Made by a program: the position numbers and the translations under genes
Shown here: piece after piece, positions 8,596-17,922 of the stretch
Layout of the letters: every line of letters starts with the position of its first letter
Position numbering within the stretch: the first letter of the stretch is position 1
Notes under the pieces: model-generated
Database searches by the model: none
The model's input: the letters and a program-made list of their open reading frames with translations, nothing else
What the model was told of the DNA's origin: nothing
Source of the DNA: a virus
Taxonomy: Duplodnaviria > Caudoviricetes
Direction: 5' to 3' (one strand)
IMG/VR virus record: IMGVR_UViG_3300033074_001909
Coordinates: 32,001-96,000 of that record
DNA: 64,000 bases

Positions 8596-9497
8596 CCATC
8601 GTTTGTGAACGCTATGAGACCCGCGAAGAATGGCTGCAAGCCCGCTCCACGTTCCTGGGAGCCAGCGAGATCGCGGCGATTTTGGGGATGGGCTACGCCG
8701 ACCAATCGCCGATCACGATCTGGGCTGAGAAGGTCCACGGCACGGTGGACGAGCACGAGAAGAAGCGGCTGCGGATCGGCACCATGATGGAGCCGGTCCT
8801 CCGTCAGATGTTCACGGAGGAAACTGGCCTGCCCTGCCAGTCGGTGCAGCATGAAGTCCGCCGGCATCCGGTCTATCCGTTCCTCGGCGCCACCCTGGAC
8901 GGACTGACCACGGACGAGCGGGATGAGTTCTCGATTCCGGTCGAATTGAAGAACGTCGGCCAGTTCAATCTCAAAGACTGGCTCGACGAACCGCCGCTCA
9001 AGTTCCAGTTGCAGGTACAGCAGCAGATGGCCGTGACGGGCGCACCGTACTGCTACCTGTTCGCCTTGATCGGCGGCATGACGCCCAGCGTGGTCCGGCT
9101 CGAGCGGCATGAGCGGCTAATTGCCGGGCTGGTCCGCGAGGCGGAACGCTTCTGGGGCTACGTCGAGCGGCGAGAACTGCCGCCGGTCGACGACTCGGAA
9201 GCCACGGCCAAAGCCCTGTCGCGAATCTGGCGCGAGGATGAGGGCAAGGCCATCTTGTTACCCAGTGAGTCCCAGGAGTGGGCCGAGCGACTAGAGGCGG
9301 CGAAGGAAGCCAAGAAGTCGGCCGAAGCCGAGGAGCGCAAATTCGCCAACCTGCTGAAAGGCGCGATCGCGGATGCCACGTTTGGCGACGTGCCGGGGTT
9401 TGGTCGGTTTTCTTATAAGACACAAACGACGGCGGCGCACGAAGTCAAGGAAAGCACGTTTCGCGTGCTGCGCCGAGTCAAAGTAAAAGGGTATTGA
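8592..9497 (+). CDS. YqaJ-like viral recombinase exonuclease
   Basis: REEWLQARSTFLGASEIAAILG, GTMMEP, ATLDG, ELKN, QVQQQMAVTG. Confidence 0.92.
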   Translation: MTIVCERYETREEWLQARSTFLGASEIAAILGMGYADQSPITIWAEKVHGTVDEHEKKRLRIGTMMEPVLRQMFTEETGLPCQSVQHEVRRHPVYPFLGATLDGLTTDERDEFSIPVELKNVGQFNLKDWLDEPPLKFQLQVQQQMAVTGAPYCYLFALIGGMTPSVVRLERHERLIAGLVREAERFWGYVERRELPPVDDSEATAKALSRIWREDEGKAILLPSESQEWAERLEAAKEAKKSAEAEERKFANLLKGAIADATFGDVPGFGRFSYKTQTTAAHEVKESTFRVLRRVKVKGY

Positions 9498-9500
9498 GCC

Positions 9501-10475
9501 ATGGCCACAGTCCAATCCGAACGACGTACGAACCATGTCGACCAGGTCGAACGCCAGTCGCTGGAAACCGTGATCCGGGAAACCGAGGAGCGGCGCCGCA
9601 GCGTGATCATGGAAGCGGCCTCCATCCTGATGGTGCCGCCCAACAAAGTCCTGACGCTGCTGCGCAATGTGTGGAAAGTGAGCAAGGGGCAGCCCGAGTT
9701 CACCGACGAAGAACTGTTCACGGGCTTGTCGCTGATCGGCAGGTATCACCTGGACCCGATTGCCAAAGAGGTCTACGTCACGCGCGATAAGAACGGTCGG
9801 CTGTTGAACATCGTGGGTATTGACGGCTGGATCAAGATCCTCGACCGCACGGATCATTACGACGGTCTGGAGCAGGTGTATCACGAGGAAAAGGGGGAAG
9901 TGGTCTGGCTCGAAACGCGGATCTACTCGACGAAGCGGACCCGCCCCACCGTGTACCGCGCCTTCATGCGGGAGTATCGGGCCCTGGGTGGCTTCGTGGC
10001 GGAGAAGGCCCCGATTCACATGCTGGGCATCTTCTCGCTGCGGCATGCGGCGCGACGGTTTGTGCCGCTGGGCGGACACGTCGTTACCGAGGATGAGGCC
10101 TTATTCATGGGGGCGCCGGTCGGCGAGGATGAAGTGACCGCGAATGAGACCAAGGACGCGCCCCGGCAATCACGCGCGGACGCCTTGGCCGACTCCCTGG
10201 CGGAAGCCGTGAGCAAGTCGAACGTCACGGAGGCGCCAGGCATGCTTGGCGTGCCGAAGCCGGCCGACGTGTTTGCCGCCTATGAGCGGGAACTGGCCGG
10301 CTGCGAAGAAGAACGTCACGTCATGGCCGCCTACGACCAGTATTTCGGGCCGGACGGTCCGGAGTGGTCGGCCGAAAATGCCGCCATGGGCGTCAAGGCG
10401 CGCGATTATCGATTAGCGGCCATTAAGGCAGTCAGGCGGCCAGCCAAGCGGAATACGCTGCTGGAAGCGGAGTAA
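9501..10475 (+). CDS. RecT/Bet-like ssDNA annealing protein
   Basis: YHLDPIAKEVY...IVGIDGWIKI, P.HML....RHAAR; adjacent to YqaJ. Confidence 0.8.
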   Translation: MATVQSERRTNHVDQVERQSLETVIRETEERRRSVIMEAASILMVPPNKVLTLLRNVWKVSKGQPEFTDEELFTGLSLIGRYHLDPIAKEVYVTRDKNGRLLNIVGIDGWIKILDRTDHYDGLEQVYHEEKGEVVWLETRIYSTKRTRPTVYRAFMREYRALGGFVAEKAPIHMLGIFSLRHAARRFVPLGGHVVTEDEALFMGAPVGEDEVTANETKDAPRQSRADALADSLAEAVSKSNVTEAPGMLGVPKPADVFAAYERELAGCEEERHVMAAYDQYFGPDGPEWSAENAAMGVKARDYRLAAIKAVRRPAKRNTLLEAE

Positions 10476-10635
10476 GCACGGCGGAGTGGAAGCAACGGAG
10501 TCACACAGGATGGGTACGAACCATGGATTGGATCTGGATTATGGATTGGACGGTGATAGCGCGGTGTTGGGGCGGCGGGGCCTGTCTCGCGGTCTGCATG
10601 TGGGCCGCGAGCTGCTTCGTGCTGCGCGACCGGTG

Positions 10636-10878
10636 ATGGCCCGCTTGCGACGGATTGGCCGCGGCGGACTCGGCTATGCCGTGGATGTCATGGCTCACGC
10701 CCGCTGCGCGCAGCTACGACGACTCGAGCATCAACTGCAGCAGCTACGCCGTCGCGAGCGGCACCTGACCGCTTACATCCAGCATGAGCACAGCGATGGG
10801 TTGGATCTCGTGCTGGCCGTGCACGAGTTGCACCGCGTGCAGTGGGAACAGCGGCAACTCCGGGAGCGGTGGCTATGA
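10636..10878 (+). CDS. hypothetical coiled-coil protein
   Basis: C-terminal part of ORF 10486..10878; start uncertain. Confidence 0.45.
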   Translation: MARLRRIGRGGLGYAVDVMAHARCAQLRRLEHQLQQLRRRERHLTAYIQHEHSDGLDLVLAVHELHRVQWEQRQLRERWL

Positions 10879-11237
10879 CGACCGGTTCCGAAGTTTGGCA
10901 ACGCGCCCACGAACTGCATCGCCAGCGGGTGACCTGGGCCATCTACTACCGCGAGATCCTCGGCCCGGCGGGGCTGCTGGCCAAACTGCCGGCTGCTGAC
11001 CGGCGGGAGTTTGTGCAATCCAGCGATTACCGCCAGTTACGGCGCTGGCTGGCAGAACTGATGGAGGGCCGCTACCACGCCGACGAAGTGCGGCTGCGCA
11101 TGATCACCATTCGTGTTCCGGAAGCGATTCACGAACTCTTGAAAGAGGAGGCTCACGACCACCGCACCAGTTTGAATCAACTGGCGATCAGCAAATTGCT
11201 GCAGCCGATCGCCCAAGACTACGTACCACGCAAGTAG
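10875..11237 (+). CDS. ribbon-helix-helix (HicB-antitoxin-like) DNA-binding protein
   Basis: RMITIRVPEAIHELLKEEAHDHRTSLNQLAISKLLQ. Confidence 0.75.
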   Translation: MTTGSEVWQRAHELHRQRVTWAIYYREILGPAGLLAKLPAADRREFVQSSDYRQLRRWLAELMEGRYHADEVRLRMITIRVPEAIHELLKEEAHDHRTSLNQLAISKLLQPIAQDYVPRK

Positions 11238-11296
11238 CCGCTCCGCAGTGAACTGAATCAGCGCGCGAGCGGCCGAGTCACCACCGAAAACTTGGC

Positions 11297-12595
11297 ATGA
11301 CGGAGCATCCCACCATGGTCGCCGACCTGACGATCGACGCGCGATTAAAGTCCGTGCTTCCCCCGCTGACCAGTGACGAAAAGGAACAACTAGAGGCCAA
11401 TATCGTGCGGGCCGGGCGTGTCATCGACCCCATCCTGTACTGGCACGATCCGGAAACGGAGAAGGACTGCATCGTGGAGGGCATGCACCGCTACGAGATT
11501 GCCACCAGACTGGGCATTCCGTTCAAGCGCGAACCGCTCGTGCTGGAAAGCATCCAGCATGCCAAGTTATGGATTTTGGAGCATCAGGCCGGCCGGCGGC
11601 ATTACGCCGACCGGATGCAGGCCCGACTCCTCCGCGGCCAACTCTACAACGAAAGTAAACGTCCCGACGGGGGTCATGGTCATCAACCCCCCTCAAAGAA
11701 GGGCGGGGACCAAAATGAACCCCCGCTCGATTCCGAGTCGGCACGAGATACCGGGCGTGCGGCGGAACGCATCGCGGCCAAGCACGGCGGCAGCGCGTCG
11801 GGCGTCAAGCGCGATGGCAAACTGGTGGCCAGCCTGAAGCAGATTAACCAGCGGATGCGCGAGAAAATCGAGTCTGGCGACTTGCGTGTGCCGGATGCCA
11901 TCGTCCATGCGCTGGCCACGGTCGACCACGCCACGCAGATGACAATCTGGCGCGACGTGCGGGTCCATCAGATGACATGGGCCGAGGCCTGCGCGCATCG
12001 CGGCGCCAAGGCTCCGCAGCCAGTTAAGACCAATCCACCGAAAGCGACAGGTAAGACACCGACGCAGGGAAAATCGGCGGACCGCAGCGGGGACAAAGGA
12101 CAGCGAATGGATTCCCCCGCTGCCGGCTTTTCTACACCACCACAGCCCCCGCAACTCATCAATGAGGCGCGGGAGTTATTCCATCGCATGACCCCAGCGC
12201 AGCGGCAGCAGGTGTACGTGTTATGGGGTGAGTGGCTGGAAGACAGCCAAGCCGATCAACAGGTGGTGAGCAGAGAGGAAACGAGGGCTGAACAACCCGA
12301 GAAAGTCGAGTCGACGCCGAAAACCAAAAAGCAGAAACGTACCACTTTTCAAAAGCCGACGATCGAGGAAATTCAGGCCTACTGTTACGAGCGGAACAAC
12401 GGCATCAGCGGGCAGGATTTCTTTGACTTCTACGAGGCGCGAGGCTGGAAGCTAACTAAGGGTGTGGCCATGGTGGATTGGAAAGCGGCCGTCCACACAT
12501 GGGAAAAGAATCAACGGTTAGACACGTCGCGTCGTCGCGATCCACGCGGCACGCGCTCGGCGGCGGAGGAGTTTCTGTCCTCTCAGGCGAACTGA
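11297..12595 (+). CDS. ParB-N-like domain fused to a phage replication-initiator C-terminal domain
   Basis: N-term LPPLTSDEKEQLEANI..DPI..IVEGMHRY; C-term FQKPTIEEIQAYC..FFDFYEARGWK..MVDWKAAVHTWE. Confidence 0.75.
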   Translation: MTEHPTMVADLTIDARLKSVLPPLTSDEKEQLEANIVRAGRVIDPILYWHDPETEKDCIVEGMHRYEIATRLGIPFKREPLVLESIQHAKLWILEHQAGRRHYADRMQARLLRGQLYNESKRPDGGHGHQPPSKKGGDQNEPPLDSESARDTGRAAERIAAKHGGSASGVKRDGKLVASLKQINQRMREKIESGDLRVPDAIVHALATVDHATQMTIWRDVRVHQMTWAEACAHRGAKAPQPVKTNPPKATGKTPTQGKSADRSGDKGQRMDSPAAGFSTPPQPPQLINEARELFHRMTPAQRQQVYVLWGEWLEDSQADQQVVSREETRAEQPEKVESTPKTKKQKRTTFQKPTIEEIQAYCYERNNGISGQDFFDFYEARGWKLTKGVAMVDWKAAVHTWEKNQRLDTSRRRDPRGTRSAAEEFLSSQAN

Positions 12596-12598
12596 CAT

Positions 12599-13213
12599 AT
12601 GACTCCCGCAGAGAAGCGTCGTTTGGTGGAATTGGTGGCTGGGCTGTGCGAAGCGTTTAATCGCACGCCCACAAAAGCCACGTTTGAGGGCTACACGATC
12701 GGCCTCGAGGACATCCCTTTGCCAGCGATCGAAGGCGCGGTCCGCCGCGCTCTGCGGGAATTGCGGTTTATGCCTACGGCGGCTGAACTGCGGGAACTAG
12801 CCGGTGATCTATCTAGCAGCGATCGAGCGGTGATTGCGTGGGATTGCGTGCTGAAGCACTTGCACCTCGGCCCGTACAAGCATGTGTCTTTCGTGGATGA
12901 CCGCATTATCAATGCCACCATTCGCAACATGGGCGGCTGGCCGACGTTTACCTCACGCTTTACAGACGCCGAGTCGGAAAAGTGGCTTCGCAAGGAGTTT
13001 CTCGACACCTATCGCTCTTTACATCGCGCTGGCGTGACAGGCGATATGTGCGCGCCGCTGCCTGGTTTGGCTGGCGGATCGTATCCAGATGGCCGCGCCT
13101 ACATTCCTCGGCTTGAGCAGGTCCGCACGGAGGGCGTACCGGCCTTGCCTGCGCCTGTGTCGCGCCAGTCGCGCGCGGCAGCATTACCACACGTCGAACT
13201 GAAGAGGCCGTGA
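12599..13213 (+). CDS. replication-associated protein (DUF6475-like, helicase-loader position)
   Basis: FMPTAAELRE..AW..V..GPY..V.F.D.II..IRNMGGW; follows the initiator. Confidence 0.7.
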   Translation: MTPAEKRRLVELVAGLCEAFNRTPTKATFEGYTIGLEDIPLPAIEGAVRRALRELRFMPTAAELRELAGDLSSSDRAVIAWDCVLKHLHLGPYKHVSFVDDRIINATIRNMGGWPTFTSRFTDAESEKWLRKEFLDTYRSLHRAGVTGDMCAPLPGLAGGSYPDGRAYIPRLEQVRTEGVPALPAPVSRQSRAAALPHVELKRP

Positions 13214-13330
13214 TTAAATGAAGCGAAAACCATGCAAGCGATTGACGGGTTGGCGGTATTGGGTGGAACGGCTGCTAGGCCTGCGGGCGCAGCGGCTAGC
13301 GGAGTTACTGGCGCAGAGGAGGCAGGTGCT

Positions 13331-13579
13331 ATGACTGTTATGCGCGCCGAGGAGCTACAGCGGATTGCCACGCGATTGGCGAACTCATGTTTCGTTCGTT
13401 ACTGGCTACATTGGAATCATCCTCACGAGCCGCACTACATGGCGATTGAGTGTCGCGATTTTAGAATGCAGCCGATGCAAATACGCGACATGGAACAGTA
13501 CGGCTTTGAGTGGGATGAAGTTGACAGGCGATATTACATCGAGCGGGATTTGGTGGCGGATGGCCTGAAGTCCACATAA
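13331..13579 (+). CDS. hypothetical protein
   Basis: ORF; start uncertain (13232 or 13331). Confidence 0.5.
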   Translation: MTVMRAEELQRIATRLANSCFVRYWLHWNHPHEPHYMAIECRDFRMQPMQIRDMEQYGFEWDEVDRRYYIERDLVADGLKST

Positions 13580-13609
13580 TCCGCTGGTCGAACCACAAAG
13601 GTATCGAAG

Positions 13610-13792
13610 ATGCGATGCGAACTGATTATCTACTCGCACTCCGAGAATGGCTTGTCGCTGTTCGTCGTGCCGGAAACAGATACCGAGAGGCAGTTGCTGC
13701 GCGGGCTATGGACGCACGGCGAACTGAAAACCTGTAATGGCGTCGCAGACAGGAATAGCAGATCCGCAGGGCGTGGCAGAGGCGTGATATGA
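13610..13792 (+). CDS. small hypothetical protein
   Basis: ORF overlapping the next start. Confidence 0.45.
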   Translation: MRCELIIYSHSENGLSLFVVPETDTERQLLRGLWTHGELKTCNGVADRNSRSAGRGRGVI

Positions 13793-14505
13793 AGCCGCTA
13801 GGACGCAAAGCGTACGGTTCTATTGGACACCTGCCGAACAGCAGACTCGGCCCTGCAGATCACTGCGTGTCGCCGGGGCAAGCTCGTATTTGCTGCGAAC
13901 GGCCTCGCGATAAATCCGACAAGATCATCGTGCAGGAAAAGTACGACGGAAGTTGCTGCGCCGTAGCTCGACTTAAAAACGAGATACATGCTTTAGGCCG
14001 CGCCGGCTATTTGGCGCGCACGTCGAAATACGAGCAGCATCATCTGTTTGCAGACTGGGTCAGCAAGCACGAGGACACATTTCGAGCGATCTTGCTGGAG
14101 GGCGAAAGAGTGGTCGGGGAGTGGCTGGCGCAGGCGCATGGCACCCGCTACGACATCAATTGCTTATTTCCGCCGTTTGTGGCATTCGACATTATGGTTG
14201 ATGACAAGCGGATGGAATTCGATGCGTTCATTGACAGGATAGTGTGCGGCACTGGTGACGACACGCCTCCTGAATGCCTGTCGACTCCGCAAGTAGTGGG
14301 TTATGGATCAATGCCAGTCGCGGAAGCGATGCAGCAGGTATGCAATCCATTTGCAAAAGACCCTGTTGAAGGAGTGGTCTACCGCGTCGAGCGGCAAGGA
14401 AAGGTTGACTTCCTCGCGAAATACGTGCGGCCTGACAAGGTCGATGGTTGTTATCTGCCAGAAATCAGCGGGCAGGAAGCGGTGTGGAATTGGAAGCCTG
14501 AATAA
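13789..14505 (+). CDS. RNA ligase family nucleotidyltransferase
   Basis: Motif I EKYDGS, GEW, FVAFDI, EGVVYR, AKYV. Confidence 0.8.
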   Translation: MKPLGRKAYGSIGHLPNSRLGPADHCVSPGQARICCERPRDKSDKIIVQEKYDGSCCAVARLKNEIHALGRAGYLARTSKYEQHHLFADWVSKHEDTFRAILLEGERVVGEWLAQAHGTRYDINCLFPPFVAFDIMVDDKRMEFDAFIDRIVCGTGDDTPPECLSTPQVVGYGSMPVAEAMQQVCNPFAKDPVEGVVYRVERQGKVDFLAKYVRPDKVDGCYLPEISGQEAVWNWKPE

Positions 14506-14765
14506 TGCACACGCACAGAGTAACCGAAACGCACTCCGACTCCCGCCAGCGACGGTTCAAAGTAGACTGCCGTTGCGACATGGATGTCATCCTGAGCGAC
14601 TGGCGAATACCGCCTTACTTAGAACGGCCGAAAGATGGACCTTGGGCGGGATTGTGCGTGCTCGAGGTTGAGGCCACGCATAGCAAAGGCGGTTGGGTGG
14701 TACTGGTGCGATATGGGAAACCACCGCAGGCGATGACGCGAAAACGCGATCGACTGGCGACATAG
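14505..14765 (+). CDS. hypothetical protein
   Basis: TAATG overlap. Confidence 0.5.
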   Translation: MHTHRVTETHSDSRQRRFKVDCRCDMDVILSDWRIPPYLERPKDGPWAGLCVLEVEATHSKGGWVVLVRYGKPPQAMTRKRDRLAT

Positions 14766-14777
14766 CAGGGATACGAC

Positions 14778-15140
14778 ATGAGTTACAACTGTACTACCTG
14801 GAAAACGACAACACTCGACAAGTTTCGTTTGCCGATTGCGAGCCTGTACAAACATCCTCGCAGCGATTGGCATCCCGAGCGACGTGACGTTACTGGGCTG
14901 ACCATGTTCGCAGTGTGCGAAGCCGGAGTGTCAGGGCACGTGAACGGTGATTGGCTAGAGGTCACGAGCGTCGACATTGCTGGCGAGGGCAGCGGCACGG
15001 CACTGAACTGGATATTCGAGCCAGCCTTTGAGCACAGCACGGGAACGCTCGTAGCCACCTTGATCTGGGAGGGAGGCGATTCCATTCAGCGACTGTCGGT
15101 GGTAGACGGCCAGATCACGACAGAAGAGATCGATATCTGA
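14778..15140 (+). CDS. hypothetical protein
   Basis: ORF with SD; ends WEGGDSIQRLSVVDGQITTEEIDI. Confidence 0.65.
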   Translation: MSYNCTTWKTTTLDKFRLPIASLYKHPRSDWHPERRDVTGLTMFAVCEAGVSGHVNGDWLEVTSVDIAGEGSGTALNWIFEPAFEHSTGTLVATLIWEGGDSIQRLSVVDGQITTEEIDI

Positions 15141-15153
15141 CACAGGACACAAA

Positions 15154-15226
15154 GCGACCGTAGCCTAATGGATCAGGCATCCGCCTTCTAAGCGGAGATA
15201 TGAAGGTTCGATTCCTTCCGGTCGTG
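15154..15226 (+). tRNA. tRNA-Arg(TCT)
   Basis: Acceptor GCGACCG/CGGTCGT, D arm, anticodon stem TCCGC-CTTCTAA-GCGGA, T arm GAAGG-TTCGATT-CCTTC; no encoded CCA. Confidence 0.92.
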
Positions 15227-15241
15227 TTGCATGGATAGTCG

Positions 15242-15294
15242 AGCGATTGTCGGTGGTGGACGGCCAGATTACGACGGAAGAGATTGATATCTAA
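15242..15294 (+). repeat. diverged copy of the last ~53 nt of ORF 14778..15140
   Basis: AGCGATTGTCGGTGGTGGACGGCCAGATTACGACGGAAGAGATTGATATCTAA versus 15088-15140. Confidence 0.85.
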
Positions 15295-15298
15295 AACA

Positions 15299-15405
15299 GG
15301 CTCTGTAGTGTATTGGCCACACGCCGCTGTCACCTTCCGGCCGAGTGCATGCTAGGTTGGATAACAAGCGCAGCGAAATAGCAGGTTCGATTCCTGCCGG
15401 AGTCT
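15299..15405 (+). tRNA. tRNA-like RNA with a 41-nt insertion in the anticodon loop
   Basis: Acceptor GGCTCTG/CGGAGTC, D arm GTGT/ACAC, stem CGCTG/CAGCG enclosing 15330-15370, T arm GCAGG-TTCGATT-CCTGC. Confidence 0.7.
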
Positions 15406-15407
15406 CT

Positions 15408-15795
15408 GGATTGCGAGAAGGCTGAGAGGCCCTAACACGGCCGGGTTATGTCGCGTCGGCACTTTATCCCGCAGAAAAAAGAGCCGAGTCAGAAATAGAG
15501 CAGCGGTTTTAATCTCCCGCTGTGATCGCAGGGGAGCGCGAGCCCCGAACGAAATCGGTCAAAGAGTGTCTCCTTATGGAGTTTCCCAGGCAACGGGTTG
15601 GTGGTCGATCCAACATGCACGCTCCGCCCTGGTCCACACGCGAGAACTAAGAAAACGCTCGTTAGTAAGCCGATTGCGACGATCCGCCAAGTCTCGAAAA
15701 CTCTCAGTCAACGCCTACAAGCACGCCTAACTCGGAGAAGCAGGCTTTCTCGCGAGGGAAGCGTGCTTTAGGTGGAATTGATGACCACCTGGGTA
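15408..15795 (+). ncRNA. candidate large structured ncRNA
   Basis: No credible ORF; long-range pair GGCTGAGAG/CTCTCAGTC and many nested stems. Confidence 0.55.
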
Positions 15796-15800
15796 TCCGC

Positions 15801-16229
15801 ATGGATGAAGACCTCGTACGAGCCCGCGTAGCCGGCCGACTGGCAGCGAACGAATTAGCTGACCTGTACATCACCGAGTCCGCGCGCCTGAAAGAGCAGC
15901 ACGGACTGGAGGCCTCGATCACGTTTTTGGAAACGCTGCGAGACAATCTGCTGGCCATTCGACCTTTGGCGCCCGTCACACCGGTAACGCCGCCCGTAAT
16001 GCCCGAGCCTGCCTATCGGCGGTCCGGATTCAGCGCCGACGAGTGCCCGGACGATTACGTCGTGGTCGAGTTTCACGAGGAAATTGAGGCCGAAACGGAC
16101 CGGGCCATCCTGATCGGGCAGCACTGGATTCCCAAGAGCCAAATTTGGGAGTGTCCGGACCGTGGCGAGTACGTGGAATCGTTGGCCATTCGCGAATGGT
16201 TCGTCGACAAGGAGGGGCTGGCGACTTGA
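15801..16229 (+). CDS. hypothetical protein
   Basis: C-term ETDRAILI..HWIPKSQI..IREWFVDKEGL, a common small phage domain. Confidence 0.7.
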   Translation: MDEDLVRARVAGRLAANELADLYITESARLKEQHGLEASITFLETLRDNLLAIRPLAPVTPVTPPVMPEPAYRRSGFSADECPDDYVVVEFHEEIEAETDRAILIGQHWIPKSQIWECPDRGEYVESLAIREWFVDKEGLAT

Positions 16230-16316
16230 CGAAATTTCGCCGTTGTTCTAAACAAAGTGGACTACCAATAGCGGCACTTCGATCAGAAGCCCGTCGAGCA
16301 ATCGGCGGGCTTTTTT
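16226..16316 (+). promoter_or_regulatory. promoter-leader-terminator element, copy 1
   Basis: TTGACGAAATTTCGCCGTT...TTCTAAA, then AAGCCCGTCGA-GCAA-TCGGCGGGCTTTTTT; near-identical to 60514-60610. Confidence 0.75.
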
Positions 16317-16334
16317 CGTTTCTTGAGGGAGCGT

Positions 16335-16826
16335 ATGGACGCCGACACGATTCGACGCCTCGTCCTGGCAGACGCAGAGTTGAAGGCCTGGGCTTTGGCC
16401 GGACGCGACGGCGATATCGCCCGGGATGCGCGGCTGGCGGAATCGGTGGGCGTCGAGTTCCGGCTCACCTCCCGCGGAGTAAATGACATTTTCGGGCTCG
16501 TGCGGGGCGCCGCCATCATGGCCGCCCTCCGCGCCAAGGCGACCGAGGGGACTCCCGAAGGCGCTATCATCGCCGAAATGCTCTCCATGATGGACATCAA
16601 GACGATCGGCGAGAACCAAGGCGTCGATTTGAATCATGCCGACGCGCCCACGCTGATGGGCCTGCTGGTCTCGGTCAGCATTGTCACGGCCGACGAAGCC
16701 GCTGTGGTGCTGTCCAAGGCCAGAAAGTCCGTCCAGCCCAGCGTGCAGGACGTGTCGCTGGCCCTGCGCGTCTACCGGCCGGAGGGCAAGATCGGCAAAT
16801 ACTCATCGTCCGAACTTCAATCCTGA
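16335..16826 (+). CDS. hypothetical (putative virion-associated) protein
   Basis: GAGGGAG SD; first gene of operon. Confidence 0.7.
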   Translation: MDADTIRRLVLADAELKAWALAGRDGDIARDARLAESVGVEFRLTSRGVNDIFGLVRGAAIMAALRAKATEGTPEGAIIAEMLSMMDIKTIGENQGVDLNHADAPTLMGLLVSVSIVTADEAAVVLSKARKSVQPSVQDVSLALRVYRPEGKIGKYSSSELQS

Positions 16827-16840
16827 GAGGGGCATGACAC

Positions 16841-17056
16841 ATGGCGAACAATCTCACGATCAACCTGAACGATACCGGCTGCGCCGACACGCCGTGCACG
16901 GCCGGGACGTTCAACGTGCGGGCGTTCTACACCGAGGTGGACGCGGGGCACGTGTTCGGATCGTTCAAGAGCCGGGAAGCGGCGGAAAAGTGCGTGTTGG
17001 TCTTGGCTGGCCGCGAGGACGTGGTCAAGGCCGTGATCGAACCCGTGGTGACCTAA
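16841..17056 (+). CDS. hypothetical protein
   Basis: SD and ORF. Confidence 0.65.
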   Translation: MANNLTINLNDTGCADTPCTAGTFNVRAFYTEVDAGHVFGSFKSREAAEKCVLVLAGREDVVKAVIEPVVT

Positions 17057-17073
17057 TCGAAAGGGGGCGGACC

Positions 17074-17373
17074 GTGGCGACTTTGTCAGAACTTCATTCC
17101 TTGCTGTCCGACGATAGCCTGCAGAACAAAGTCCGCGGGGCGGTCTTGAAGATGGCCATCGCGGTGGTGTTCGAGGATGCCGGCACGGCCAATCACGCCA
17201 ATCGGCTGGCCTACGCGAAGGCGGCGTTGAACGACGTGAATGGCGCGGCCGACGACATCGTCAAATATGTCATTGGCGCCAACGCTTCCTCGACGGCGGC
17301 GGAAATCCTCGCGCTGAGCGACAGCACCATCCAAGATCACGTGAACGCTTCTTTGGCGATCTTCGCGAGTTAA
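17074..17373 (+). CDS. hypothetical protein
   Basis: GTG start after AAGGGGG; ATLSELHSLL..TANHANRLAYAK. Confidence 0.65.
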   Translation: MATLSELHSLLSDDSLQNKVRGAVLKMAIAVVFEDAGTANHANRLAYAKAALNDVNGAADDIVKYVIGANASSTAAEILALSDSTIQDHVNASLAIFAS

Positions 17374-17376
17374 CCC

Positions 17377-17922
17377 ATGCCACTGCCCGATTTCAAGTTC
17401 ACGTTCGAGCACGGCACCGCGGTGATCTGGGGTGAATCCGGCGCCAGCGGCGTTACCAAGACGCTGTCCTTCGATGGGCTCGCGGCGGGCTCGGCGCGGA
17501 TGGGCGCGGCGGCGGACCTGGGGGAGGACTGGGACCAGTGGTATTACGTGCAGCTTGTGATTGAAAGCGGCACCGCGCCCACGGCCGCCGGCACGGTCGA
17601 TTTGTTTTTGCCCTGCTCCTACGACAACAGCACGTGGCCGGCTGGTGTCAGTGGCAGCGATGGAGCCTGGCCGAGCGATGGCAACGAGGACGAATGGGCC
17701 AAGCAACTGGACAGCGCGTACGTCTGCTCACTGAAGGCGACCAATGACGCTACCACGGTCCAGCGTCAGGCGCCAGTGTTGTGGCGTCCGAGTGGTCGTT
17801 ATGTCGTGCCGGTCGTCGACAACAACATGGATCAGGCGGTGCGCGACGAGACGACAGCGACCGATAACGACAGCCGGGTGATTCTAGTGCCGGTCCGCTC
17901 ATTGGTGCAGCAGGCAGCATGA
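17377..17922 (+). CDS. putative virion structural protein
   Basis: beta-rich, Ala/Thr/Asp-rich; precedes the LamG gene. Confidence 0.65.
   Translation: MPLPDFKFTFEHGTAVIWGESGASGVTKTLSFDGLAAGSARMGAAADLGEDWDQWYYVQLVIESGTAPTAAGTVDLFLPCSYDNSTWPAGVSGSDGAWPSDGNEDEWAKQLDSAYVCSLKATNDATTVQRQAPVLWRPSGRYVVPVVDNNMDQAVRDETTATDNDSRVILVPVRSLVQQAA

Noticed and set aside
15154-15226. tRNA as a prophage attachment site
   Set aside because: No integrase and no duplicated tRNA 3' end; phage genes continue on both sides
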